From Trichinella spiralis (lineage: Eukaryota), in the NCBI RefSeq assembly GCF_000181795.1, contig NW_003526945.1, positions 4,626,247-4,656,998 on the forward strand: 30,752 nt of DNA, read 5' to 3'. Positions 13,461-24,226 of the stretch are shown piece after piece. The notes under the pieces are model-generated. The model searched no databases. It worked only from the letters and a program-made list of their open reading frames with translations, and was not told where the DNA came from. Position 1 is the stretch's first letter; the number at the start of each line of letters is the position of its first letter. Both the position numbers and the translations under genes were made by a program.

Positions 13461-13469
13461 ATTTTTCAG
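13461..13469 (+). promoter_or_regulatory. Candidate trans-splice or 5'UTR splice acceptor upstream of the HMCES ATG
   Basis: ATTTTTCAG lies 24 nt upstream of the ATG at 13494 and matches the nematode TTTTCAG acceptor consensus. Confidence 0.4.
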
Positions 13470-13493
13470 TTAATGCTACGATAATAATTTACA

Positions 13494-14775
13494 ATGTGCG
13501 GCGGATATTCTTGGTAAGATAAAAAATTGGTTATTTTATCTAAAAATAATTTTATTTTCAGCTGTTTATTGGCTAATCAATTGTGTTATGCCTGTGTTTA
13601 TAAGAGAAACGAAGTAGAATACCGTGCAAAATGGATTACTACGCTTGCAAATGCAAGACACTCTGCAGCTATTACATGTTCTCCACGAACCATGAGGCAA
13701 GCCATTGTTAAAGAAGTATTATAATTTTAAGCGAATTTTTCTTTTTGCAAAATGTAAATTAATAAAAATTTGTTTTAGTATTATTTTCTCTGATATTATA
13801 AATTTTATTAAGTATATTAAATTTAAGAGGGGTTGATATAAATGTAAAAAGGGGAAGGTGTATAAGAAATTAAAACTTTTAAAGGGATGTCAAATGAAGT
13901 GAACGCTGTTATGTATTGCGAATATTCATTTTAGAGCTGTATTGGTATCAAACAAGACAGGCATTGATCTCATGCCATCACTAAACTGTAATTTCAAATT
14001 AAATATTGCACTTATGAACTGGGGCTACTTGTGTACATCACCTTCAAAATACCTGATGATAAATGCACGATCTGACAATCTTTTCAAAGTAAAGAAGTAT
14101 GAAGAAGCTATGATGATGAATCGTCGTTGCGTGATTCTTGCAGACGGGTTGAAAATATTTTTTCAATACTATTATTGTCATTATTATAACTTCATTTTTT
14201 AGTTATTATGAAACTTGTCAAGACACAAATAAAAAACATTTCGTGTTTTTGCCTGCGCCACCAGAATACAGCATGAAAGTTCTTGGAGAAGATGAACGAT
14301 ACAACCGAAGACTCATGCACATGGCAGGCATATTTATTGAAAACAATCAGGTATTTAGTTCATTTCGATTTCAAAATTAAAGTTGAAATATTTCAGACAG
14401 ATGACAAAGCAGGCTTTTCGTTCGTTATAATCACCGTGGATGCATCCGAAAGTGTGTCGAAAATTCACTCACGGATGCCTGCCATTTTGGAAACCGATGA
14501 GGACGTGTTGAAATGGCTAAATCCAGATGAATATCCATCTACTGTTGTAAGTATATTTTTGACATATATTGACGCTCATGCTTCTGCATTAAATTGTTTT
14601 GCAATTTTACTTCGCAAATAAATTTTAGGCTGCGAGATTGTTGAAGCCTGTTGAATGCAACGTTATGGAAACGAACGTTAAAATTCATTGCCACGTACCA
14701 AACAAAGATGGTAGCATTCAAATGCGTATAACAGATTTCATGAAACCTCCATCAACGAAAAAGCAAAAATGTTAA
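13494..14775 (+). CDS. HMCES: SRAP-domain abasic-site protein, HMCES-like; exons 13494-13513, 13562-13696, 13935-14147, 14203-14350, 14397-14546, 14629-14775
   Basis: MCGGYSC (Cys2), ACVY, LMNWG, INARSD, RRCVILADG|YYE, LMHMAGIF, SFVIITVDAS, IHSRMPAILE..VLKWL, AARLLKP follow the HMCES/YedK motif order. C-terminal QMRITDFM is a PIP-box-like motif. Intron 2 requires a GC donor. Confidence 0.9.
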
Positions 14776-15198
14776 AAGATTTAAAAGATGATGCAGAGAA
14801 AAGGTTTTATCCTGTAATAATATATTTCTTTGACTTTAATGAAAACATTTACAAGTTATACTAAAGTAGCTCGAAAAGTATTCTGAAAATTTCATAGTGA
14901 AATATTTCAAAACGAATAAAATCAAAATAGAATTAAGAACTAACGTCTGTGAACAACTAACTGTAAACAAAGCATAAATATTTTCTAAATCGTACGAAGT
15001 ATTTACAATATACTCATATTCTTGCATTACAACCGTTATTATAAAAGAAATTTTTCTATCGTCTATCATCAGTAATAAACATATCATTCAATCCTTGAAT
15101 AACAATGAATAATAATGTATTATTTTCACAGAATAATCCGTATCTGCTTATAACTTATGTAATATACGGCTCCAAGAGGGAAATAATCGACATGAAAC

Positions 15199-15700
15199 GA
15201 CAGCAGCTTAAGGACACTGACTATCCATCTCACATTTACTTCAGTTTTACTCAAAGATTGCACTTATTGTTCAAATTTGTTCAATTTCAATTAATTTTAC
15301 ACTAGTCCATTTTGATGATTATGATTATTATAATTTTAATGTAAATTGAGATTTTTAATCAAAAATGAAATTAGTAGCATCGAGGCACAAGAAAATCGGT
15401 TTTTCAGCACTTTAAGCTGAGTATTATCAATTCAAATTTAAGTATAAGTATTTATATCAATTCAAAAGTAAGAATAAGTTTTATTTTGGTGAACAACGAA
15501 AATTTTGACCACAAAGAAGAAAAGATCGACAAAATGGCGGGCTGTTTTGACTGTAAGTTGCGTTGCTATGATAACACAATCCACGCGTTTAGTGAAAATT
15601 AAAAAACATCATTGCAGGATAGATAATCATAAGGCAGTTGCATCAATTAATGCACTTGTATATCTATATTTATTATGGAAATAATTTATTAATTTTCAGC
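15199..15700. repeat. Conserved non-coding 3' module of array copy A (homologues at about 19277-19806, 21580-21960, 28860-29290; partial at 27990-28100)
   Basis: Long near-identical blocks, e.g. ggacactgactatccat..cttcagttttactcaaaga (15210 vs 19290) and aaattagtagca.cgaggcac..gaaaa.cggtttttcagcacttt.agctgagtattat (15368 vs 19492). Confidence 0.85.
15562..15575. promoter_or_regulatory. X-box (RFX/DAF-19 site) GTTGCTATGATAAC
   Basis: Fits GTHNYY-AT-RRNAAC and sits at the homologous position in all four array modules. Confidence 0.6.
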
Positions 15701-15849
15701 GGTTTGGTGCAGTGCTCAACTCTACATAATTCTCGAACAGTGAATATTTTCATTATTTTCCCTCTAAGAGTCAGTCACCAAAACAATGAGGGTGAAAGCG
15801 GTGCAGGTGGAAAACAACCCGAAACTTGTACTTTGCTTGTATCACTTAA

Positions 15850-15938
15850 CCAATAAGTCAACGGCACGAAAGTCCAATCAAATAGCGCGTTCAACGACCA
15901 ATGAGAAAATTAGGTCAAATTTTGGCGCAAACCAAACC
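15850..15938 (+). repeat. Phased CCAAT array (24 bp period) ending in an E2F-like TTTGGCGC
   Basis: CCAAT at 15850, 15874 and 15898; homologous block at 18469-18560. Confidence 0.7.
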
Positions 15939-16216
15939 ATCTTTTTATTAATTTTCAGCATTTAGCATAGCTTATGCGCATGAAAATAAACAAAGCACTA
16001 TTTTATTTCATTTTATTTTATTTTATTAAAATGTGATGATTTTGAATAATGAAATTGTTATGAAAGAACATTGACTGGCCATTTTTGGAAATACATTCGA
16101 TCAAAAAGAAACAATTTATATCATAAATGAAAAATTATCAATATAATTTCTGTGAAAATAATGAGATGGATAATAAATATCCGATAAGTAGACTTTCAGT
16201 GATCACAATGCTGTTT

Positions 16217-17199
16217 TCATTCTTCGATTTGCGGAGTAAGAATGGAAATTCCTACAGAAGAAACATGAATTTTCACCGCTGCCTTCAATCCAACAAATGC
16301 TTCCTTCAGGACGCTCTCCAAAGATTTGTCCACGAATACAACGACCATTTCGTTCATTGAACATGAATACTTCGTTCTCAGTGATTCAACTGCAGCGTTT
16401 ATCCGCCATTGCAGATTAACATAAGGGTCAAAAATGCTGCTTTCTGGGCGTTTAACGGAAGATCTGAAAAAATTCATACATTTTTCATTGCATTCCAGCA
16501 CTATCTTGTATCATGTTATTAACATATTTAAGAATATATACAAAACAGATAAAATTTATGAAAGTGATCTCAGCATGCGAAAAATAAACTTTTTGAAATT
16601 TATCCAAAGTACGAATGAAAAAATATTTATAAAACTTTAATTCATACTCGAAGGTTTCATCAACACGATATCCACGTTCAACAGCAAGTGAACGAAACTG
16701 CTTCTGCAAATAATAACCATCGACAGACAGACTGAAACCACCATCAACTTTAATAGTCAAATAGTTCCTGCCATCATTTCTTCCACGTTCGAAACCTTAA
16801 AGTAATAATCAGCACACTACGAAATTCATGATGGTCGCTTATTAGATTAATGTTACCTTTAATAAAATTTTCAGCTGCGGTAACACAGGGGAAAGATGGC
16901 GCACAAAAAACATCAGTAATATTGAACCGCGCATTTTGTGATGCTGTGCCCATGGCTCGTGATCGGCTTTCTGTCATTGACGGAAATTCAGATTCCCTTA
17001 CATTTGCCTGGTTTCTAGCTAAATTCAGACTACGGTAAATTTCTTTTTGAAAAGAAGGTTTCTTACAGTATTAATGATTACCTGCATCGAGACGTAGAAA
17101 AGGAAGTACATCTTCTTCAACTAGAATAAACCACAGCTCTCTTCTAACATCCCATCGAACCGACCACGAATCAAAAGTGCTCAAATCAGATGACAACAT
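16217..17199 (-). CDS. Array copy A: degenerate histidine-phosphatase-fold protein (Sts-1/UBASH3/EPPase-like), 224 aa; exons 17199-17082, 17018-16857, 16795-16648, 16463-16217
   Basis: Phase-consistent GT-AG exons; exon 2 (162 nt) and exon 3 (148 nt) have the same length in all four copies. Motifs RRELWFILVEE, ITDVFCAPSFPCVTAAENFIKG, TIKVDGGFS, GYRVDETF, VVVFVDKSLESVL. Confidence 0.8.
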
Positions 17200-18468
17200 G
17201 CTTGTTTACAACAGACAGCACTTTTCCAACACCTACTCACATCAAAAGAACTTTTAAACAATGACAATAAAAATAAAGCTGAGCTTATTTTAACCTTTAA
17301 TTCGCTTAACGTGACGTGGCAATAAATGAATGGATATTTAATAAGGAATAAATGTACCTGCCTGTCAACTTCAACAATTTTTTTATGGTATAATTTGGCT
17401 GATTTTCATTATTTAATGTATAAATATAGATACCATTAATTCTGTTCTTACTGAAAAAATATTTATTATCAAAAACATACCTCATTAATATTATTAAAGA
17501 AAATACACCCATTATTTAAATTGTAACTTTTTGCATTAATATATTTTCTCAGCTTCTATTTAACCTCGTTAATTTTAACAAATGCAGAAAAACTAATTCT
17601 GTAAATTGATTTCACATCTAGTCATATTTAAAATTATTTGAATATTTCTCAGTTTCCTGTACGGAAATTAACCATATTTATTTGAGCGATGGCTATAAAT
17701 ACTGTTAGCTAGCTGGTTATGCTTTGTGATATATTACTTATATTTGAACGTGTCATTTAGCATTGTCCGAAAGTAATATGCAGTTTATTTGGCATTTGAA
17801 AATCTTCGAAGTGAATTTGCGCACACTGCGAATCACATTTGCCTCTAGCTTATACCAAAATGGTTATTTCACGGTACAGCTGCCATATTTGATAAAATCC
17901 ACATATGAAAATGAAAACCATTCATAAATGAACTGTTTAAATTCATAATAGTGTTTGGTGAATTTGCAGGCAGAACATCTTCCCACTGTTATACGTTGGG
18001 AATATCTTCTCTTAATGTGGCTGTTAGGTTTTGTGTGGCGCATTGATTTTATACCACAAAGTATTTATCTTCTACCTGAGTTATTCTGGAATTTTGATTT
18101 AAAATTAGTTGAAGTCCTTTGTTAAGTGCAGTATGTGCCCTTCAGCTTCGGCTTCCGTTGTAAACAACTACAATAGGAATATTGGTATGATGACCACATT
18201 AGCATCCATATCTTTTCCCGTTTGACTTTAAATTACCAAAATTTCAAAATGAAAGTATTTTCTGTTTTTAAAATTCAAATAAATTATATTCAATTGGCAT
18301 GATGATCTATAGTGCCGTAAAAAACAGTAGCTCATCACACCTGCTTTTGTTATGCACTTTAGAACATCGTAAAGATGTAATTATTGTATTTTAATGTGTT
18401 CATAAAAAAGGCTAATGTAGTGTAATATGAGTGAAAACTGAAATCTGTACTGAGCTTCTTTCACTCAG

Positions 18469-18560
18469 CCAATAAGACAACGGCGCGAAACTATAATAAA
18501 ATAACGGTTTCAACGACCAATAGGAAAATTAGGTCAAATTTTGGCGCGAACTGCGCCATC
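18469..18560 (+). repeat. Second copy of the CCAAT/E2F-like block
   Basis: ccaataagacaacggcgcgaaa...caacgaccaataggaaaattaggtcaaattttggcgcg aligns to 15850-15930. Confidence 0.75.
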
Positions 18561-19666
18561 CCTTCATTAAGTTTCATTAATTTAATCAAAACTGTTCATA
18601 ATTAATTAGCATGTTGAAAAAATGAATATTTCCAGTTTCAAAATGGTGTAGATCTTCTCTGGTGTTGCTCTTGATCTTCCCAGTATTGCTGCTGCTAAAT
18701 GACTTGTAGTTTTGCATTTGTCTTGTGGTCCTGGTTCCAAACTTAAATTTACCTTTGTCATCAAATTTGATGAGAAAAATAAACGTATCAGCCGAATAAG
18801 CAGTTTCTAGACGAGAAGCGGGAAATTTTGAATAAATTGCTCAAAAAATGCAATATCCGATGCTAATTGAATGTAGCTGAGAATATGTGACGAACTTTCA
18901 GTCATCAGCACGAAAAAAAAGCGGTCAAAAAACGTCGTTGTCATAGAGATAGTTTGGAGGTCGGAAAAATAAATTCAAACTACGTTAAATGAATCGAATT
19001 ATTTATTATTATTATTATTTAGTTTATTATTTTTTATTTTCTAACATAGGATTGTTAATATTCAACAGATTAGCCATTTCTGGAATGCATTTAAAATAAT
19101 CTTGTCCGTCTATTTTAAAGCTAAACAATTTATATTTTCAACATTAAGGAATAAACTGATTTCAGCGTAAATTATAATATTCAATATTCATAATTTGTTG
19201 AACTACAAAAAGATCTTCAAAACATGATTGTCTTTAATTTTGCTTCGCTACTCGGGCGAACTAATCAGCATAAAACGACAGTAACTTCAGGACACTGACT
19301 ATCCATTTCAGGTTCACTTCAGTTTTACTCAAAGACTCCACTCACTGTTCAAATTTGTTCAATCTCAATTAATTCCAGACTTGTCAGCTAATATTCAACC
19401 AGTAGTTGACTTAATTTCTCTATACCACAGCCATTTTTATGATTATGATTATTATAATTTTTATGTAAATTTAAATTTATAATCGAAGATGAAATTAGTA
19501 GCACCGAGGCACTGGAAAACCGGTTTTTCAGCACTTTGAGCTGAGTATTATTAGTTGAAATTTGTGACAAAAGTAAAAATAAGTTTCATTTTGGTGAACA
19601 ACGAAAATTTTGACTATATAGAAGAAAAAATAAACAAAATGGCGGGTCGTTTTGACTGAAATTTCC

Positions 19667-19680
19667 GTCGCCATGACAAC
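19667..19680. promoter_or_regulatory. X-box GTCGCCATGACAAC
   Basis: Fits the X-box consensus; preceded by AAAATGGCGG at about 19636. Confidence 0.6.
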
Positions 19681-20055
19681 ACAACCCACGCGTTTAATGA
19701 AATTAAAAAAAACAACATTACAGTACAGACAATTATATGAATATTGTATCAATTATTACAGTTGTATATCCATATTTATTATGGAAATATTTTATTAATT
19801 TTCAGCATTTAGCATAGCTTATGCGCATGAAAACAAGCCAAACACTATTTTATTTTATGTTATTTTATTAAAAATGTGATAATTTTAATGATATAATTGT
19901 AATGAAAAGATATTAATTTGTCATTTTTGGAAATGCATTTGATAAAAAACAATTAGCATCATAAATGAAAAATTATAAATGTGATAATAATAATAATAAT
20001 AAGATGGATAATAAGATATATCATCAATAAATTATGATTGTTTGCATTGTTTCCG

Positions 20056-21028
20056 TTAGTTTTCATCTTCCTTGTTATTCTCTGCAGAAGCTGTTGAACT
20101 AGTAGTACATTTATCCGTTGGTCCCTTTTCCTTTAGGCCTAAGCGTTTGAGGATGCTTTTCAGAGAACTGTCTACAAACACAATCACTGTGCTTCCCACA
20201 GAAATTGGTACGTTTTTTACTATATTTTCAACAGTGGCAACAATGCGCCGCTCCAAACTTTCAGACGAAGAGGAACTTGAATCCTGCGGACATTCTGTGA
20301 AAGTTCTAAAAAATATGAAAATTCCTCATTTTTTAGAATTATTTTGTACAACTTCATGAATATGAAGAAAAGTGATAAACATTTTCATATGTGAGCATAC
20401 AAAGATAGAGTTTAGTGAAAATTATTTCAAGGACGGTTATTGAGTCTATTTGTGACAATTTAATTCATACTTGTAGGTTTCGCTAACATTATAGCCACTT
20501 TCGGCAGCAAACAATTTGAACTCTTTGTGCAGGTGGAAAGCGATGGGTGTCTTGCTTAAACCACTTTCAATTTTGATATTCAACTCCTGCTCCGCGAATG
20601 TTAAGCTACGTTGGTATCCTTATGAAAATAATTGGCAAATTATCAAACAGATGATGATCACTCGTATTTGCATAATGCTACCTTTAATGAAACTATTAGC
20701 AGCAGCAACGCACTGAATGTTGGGTGCTGAAATCACACTGCTGACGTGGAATTTTGTATTACTGGCTATTGTGCCCATCTCTAGTGATCTTGATTCTATG
20801 GTTGTTAAAAGCGGGCCGCTAAATGCGTATTCCTTTTTTCCCTCTAAAAGTGTAATTCGGTAAATATCGTTTTTTAGACGACGATTTATTACTGTATTAA
20901 TGATTACCTTTGTCGTTGGAGCGTGGACGTATTAAATCGTCCTCTTCCACTAGAATAAACCACACAATTGGAATCGTTTGCCACCAATACGCCAATGTCT
21001 CAAATTTTTCCAAATCGATTTCCTCCAT
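20056..21028 (-). CDS. Array copy B, 226 aa; exons 21028-20908, 20843-20682, 20618-20471, 20305-20056
   Basis: MEEIDLEKFETLAYWWQTIPIVWFILVEEDD...VSSVISAPNIQCVAAANSFIKG...LNIKIESGLS...SGYNVSETY...TVIVFVDSSLKSIL...NKEDEN*. Intact frame. Confidence 0.8.
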
Positions 21029-21822
21029 TCTAGCTACGAATTCGAACCGCTCAAGTTGTCTGCGCAGAGCAAAAGAATTGCTGCTGAATGAAATTAAAAC
21101 TAAAGATGATCTTATTTAAACTTTTATTTGCTTTAAAATAACATTAAAACAAATGTGATTTAGTTTAAAGTAAGCGTATTTGTTTATAAACATTAAATTT
21201 TTCAATATTTAATATTAATCCAGTATTCATTATTTATATAAATATTAATAATTTCGTCGTAACAAATTTATAAATGAACTTTCCAAACAAAAAGAATAGT
21301 AGTAGATAAATCTGCATGCAAAACATATTCATATTGTCAGACGTAGAGAATATTTTCTCTTGGCATGGGTACTGTGTCTGTTGTACCGCAGTGATTTGAA
21401 ACAAAAAAATGTTTCTATCAGACTGATTTTGAATTTTCTTAATTCGAATTAATTTCACCTTTTTGCAACATACAATATTTGTTCTTGAGCATCACATTCA
21501 ACTGTAAACAACTAAAACAGTAACAGTACTATCATTACCTTTACACATCTGCAAAAGTTATACAACAAATTTATTTCAAATTTTACAACAACTCAGTCAC
21601 TTTTATGAGTATCACCATTATTATTATTATTATTATGTAAATGGTGATTTATGATCAAAAATAAAATTAGTAGTATCGTGTCACTGAAAAATTGGTTTTG
21701 TACCACTTGGAGCAAAGTATTATCACTTCCAGTGCTTAGCAAAGTGAAGCATAGCTTCTGTTGAAGAACAAAAATTTTGACCACTTAGAGGCAGAGTTCG
21801 TCAAATTAACTAACCAAGTTGT

Positions 21823-21836
21823 GTAACCGTGACAAT
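21823..21836. promoter_or_regulatory. Degenerate X-box GTAACCGTGACAAT
   Basis: Homologous position in the copy C module; two deviations from consensus. Confidence 0.35.
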
Positions 21837-22199
21837 ACAAGCCATGCATGCAGTGAAAATTTTAAAAAACGTTACTTTACAAATAATGAATTGAAAACTG
21901 TATCAATTAATAGAATTCTAAATCAAAATTCATTATGAAAATAGCTTATTAATTTCCAACATTTAGCATAGCTCGCGCGCATATAAACAAATGAAACATA
22001 ATTTTATGTTATTTTATTAACAATTTGATAATTTTGAATAAAATGATGCTTATAAAAAACATTCATTGTTCATTTTAATAAATACTTTCTAAGAAAATAA
22101 TTTACATAATAAATGAAAACGTAAATATAACTGCTGTGAAAATAATGAAATGGATAATAAATATCCGATCAGTAACTTTCATTGATGACATTTATGCCT

Positions 22200-23195
22200 T
22201 CATTTTTTCATATCATTCTCAGCCAAAACATCTTCTGGTATAGGCGGAACATGCATTATGAACGGTAGAGGTGGTCCAACAGCTACTCTCGTCAGCACGC
22301 TCTCCACAGATTTGTCTACAAACAGAGCGACCATTTGCTCCCTTATACCTGTATACTCCATCATCAGCGACTGTACTATCGCATTTATCCGCCACAACAA
22401 ATTAACATATGGGTCAATAACTTTACTTCCTGGCCATTCAACGGATTCTCTAAAAAATTCATAAATACTTTATTTATTTTCAGCACCCTTTTGTATGCCT
22501 TTATTGAAATCATTAAAAATATATACAAAATAGACAGAAATTTTCATCTCAATATGAGCATATAAAAGATAACTTTTATTGAAACTTATCTAAAGTAGGA
22601 AGTCTAAAGGTCTATATGTAAAAATTTAAATCATACTCGTAGGTTGCATCAACACGATATCCGCGTTCAATAGCCAGTGATCGAAACTCTTTGTGCAAAT
22701 AATAACACTCGACAGTGGAACTCAACCCTCCATTGATCTTTATTTTCAATTGTTTTTTTTCATCGCTATTACCACATTCGAATCCTTAACAAAACAATCA
22801 ACAACCTGTGAAATGCATGATGATCATTTTTTATTAGTATGATTTTACCTCTGATAAAATTATCTGCTACATTAACACACTTCAAACTTGGTGCACAAAT
22901 GACATTAGTGATATTGTACTTTTCATAGCGTGCAGCTCTGCCCATCGCGTATGATTTTGCTTCTGTCATTGCTATAGACGAAGAGTTCCACACGTTTTCT
23001 TGGTCACTGTCTAAATTTCGATGACGTTGAATATTATTATTTTTGAGAAGAACGTTCATTGCTGTATTAATGATTACTTGCATCAAGAGATAGATTAGGA
23101 ATTTCATCTTCTTCAACCATAACAAACCACAACATTTGCGTAGAATTCCAATGGAACACCCAAGAGTCAAAAGAGTCGCAGTTGCACTTCACCAT
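22200..23195 (-). CDS. Array copy C, 225 aa; exons 23195-23078, 23010-22849, 22784-22637, 22449-22200
   Basis: MVKCNCDSFDSWVFHWNSTQMLWFVMVEEDE...ITNVICAPSLKCVNVADNFIRG...LKIKINGGLS...RGYRVDATY...VALFVDKSVESVL. Intact frame. Confidence 0.8.
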
Positions 23196-23413
23196 GTTTG
23201 TTCAGATCTGTATCCGGTTTTACTGCACTCTTCCACAACAAGAGAATTGTTGATGAATATAAAACTAAAACCAATCTTATTCATGCCTATATTTTGTTTA
23301 AAGTGACATTAAAACAAATGCCTTTTTTTTTAATTTAAACAAAATGTATTTGCTTGGAAAGTTTAAATTTTGATTTGGTCCAATCCAATTCTAAATCTTC
23401 ACCGTGTTTTGTT

Positions 23414-23540
23414 ATTGGTTGTTGACTGCCTTGTCTTATTGGTCGTTCACAACGTTGTCTTATTGGCTTTCCTAATCTAATTGTTCATTGATTCAAATTC
23501 TTTAGTTGTGATTAGCTGCAATATGCTTTTATTCCATTGG
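23414..23540 (-). repeat. Phased CCAAT (ATTGG) array upstream of copy C
   Basis: ATTGG or variant at 23414, 23438, 23462, 23487, 23511, 23536. The reverse complement contains gccaataagacaacg, identical to 18468-18482. Confidence 0.75.
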
Positions 23541-23702
23541 TTCAAATATTCCCATTTAGGCTGACGTAACTTGAATAGTAGTGACGTAAAGTTAGTAGTG
23601 AAAATTTTTATTATTCCAAAATTACATTGTTTGATCTAGTCTAAGTTTATGACGTTTTATCATTCGCCTTTTTAATGTATTATTTGTGGTGAAGTTTATA
23701 CT

Positions 23703-24226
23703 TGTTGTATATTTCGGTAACATTGATTGCAGTGATCAGTGAACGTACAACAGTATAGCGTTTTCTGCTATTTACTGACTAATATAAACAAACACACACA
23801 CAAATACACACACTACGAGCAAGTTATACAACAGAGAATACACCATACTACTAACACATTCACGCAACAACTAGGAATATCAGTACATATACAGGATAAA
23901 TAGTAAAGATTAAAGAATATACAGAAGATAAATAGTAAAGCTTTGAATATCAGAAAACTGACCATTAAAAAAAATCAAAATTTGACAAATAGTACGCATT
24001 ACAACGACAACCAGTAAAAATTTAGGTTTCTGACAACGAATAAAACTCATCGCAACAACAACTAATGAAATTTAGCCAGGTGGAAAACCAATGAAATTTA
24101 AAGCCAATCAAATGTCGAGCGCCATGCCTTTGAAGTCAACACCGGGAGTAGACCGTTCCTTGCCAGTTTAAGGGCATCCATAATAATTTTATCTTCTACC
24201 ATAACAGGAAATCTTCTCAACCATCA
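23703..24226 (-). repeat. 3' LTR of the copia element, interrupted by an insertion of about 270 bp
   Basis: cagtgatcagt.aacgtaca.cagtatag...ctgctatttactgac matches 26207-26256; taacaggaaat.ttctcaa at 24202 matches 26395. Confidence 0.7.

Noticed and set aside
17043..17081. 39 nt version of intron 1 in copy A (AAAAG acceptor)
   Set aside because: That AG is absent in copy B, while the downstream TTTAG/TTCAG acceptor is conserved in all four copies and gives identical 162 nt exons.
19388..19570. Recurring minus-strand peptide (NTQLKVLKNRFS / NTLLQVVQNQFF) in the 3' modules as a gene
   Set aside because: Homologous copies have stops and indels in this frame and no shared start or splice sites; duplicated non-coding DNA explains the similarity.
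21234..21458. ORF pair 21234-21458 and 28554-28751 sharing KIFS.SDN
   Set aside because: Non-ATG starts, indels between copies and AT-rich codons; these are homologous spacers, not coding sequence.
23414..24110. Regularly spaced repeats as a CRISPR-like array
   Set aside because: Eukaryotic context, a conserved core of only 5-10 bp, a 24-25 bp period and no cas genes.
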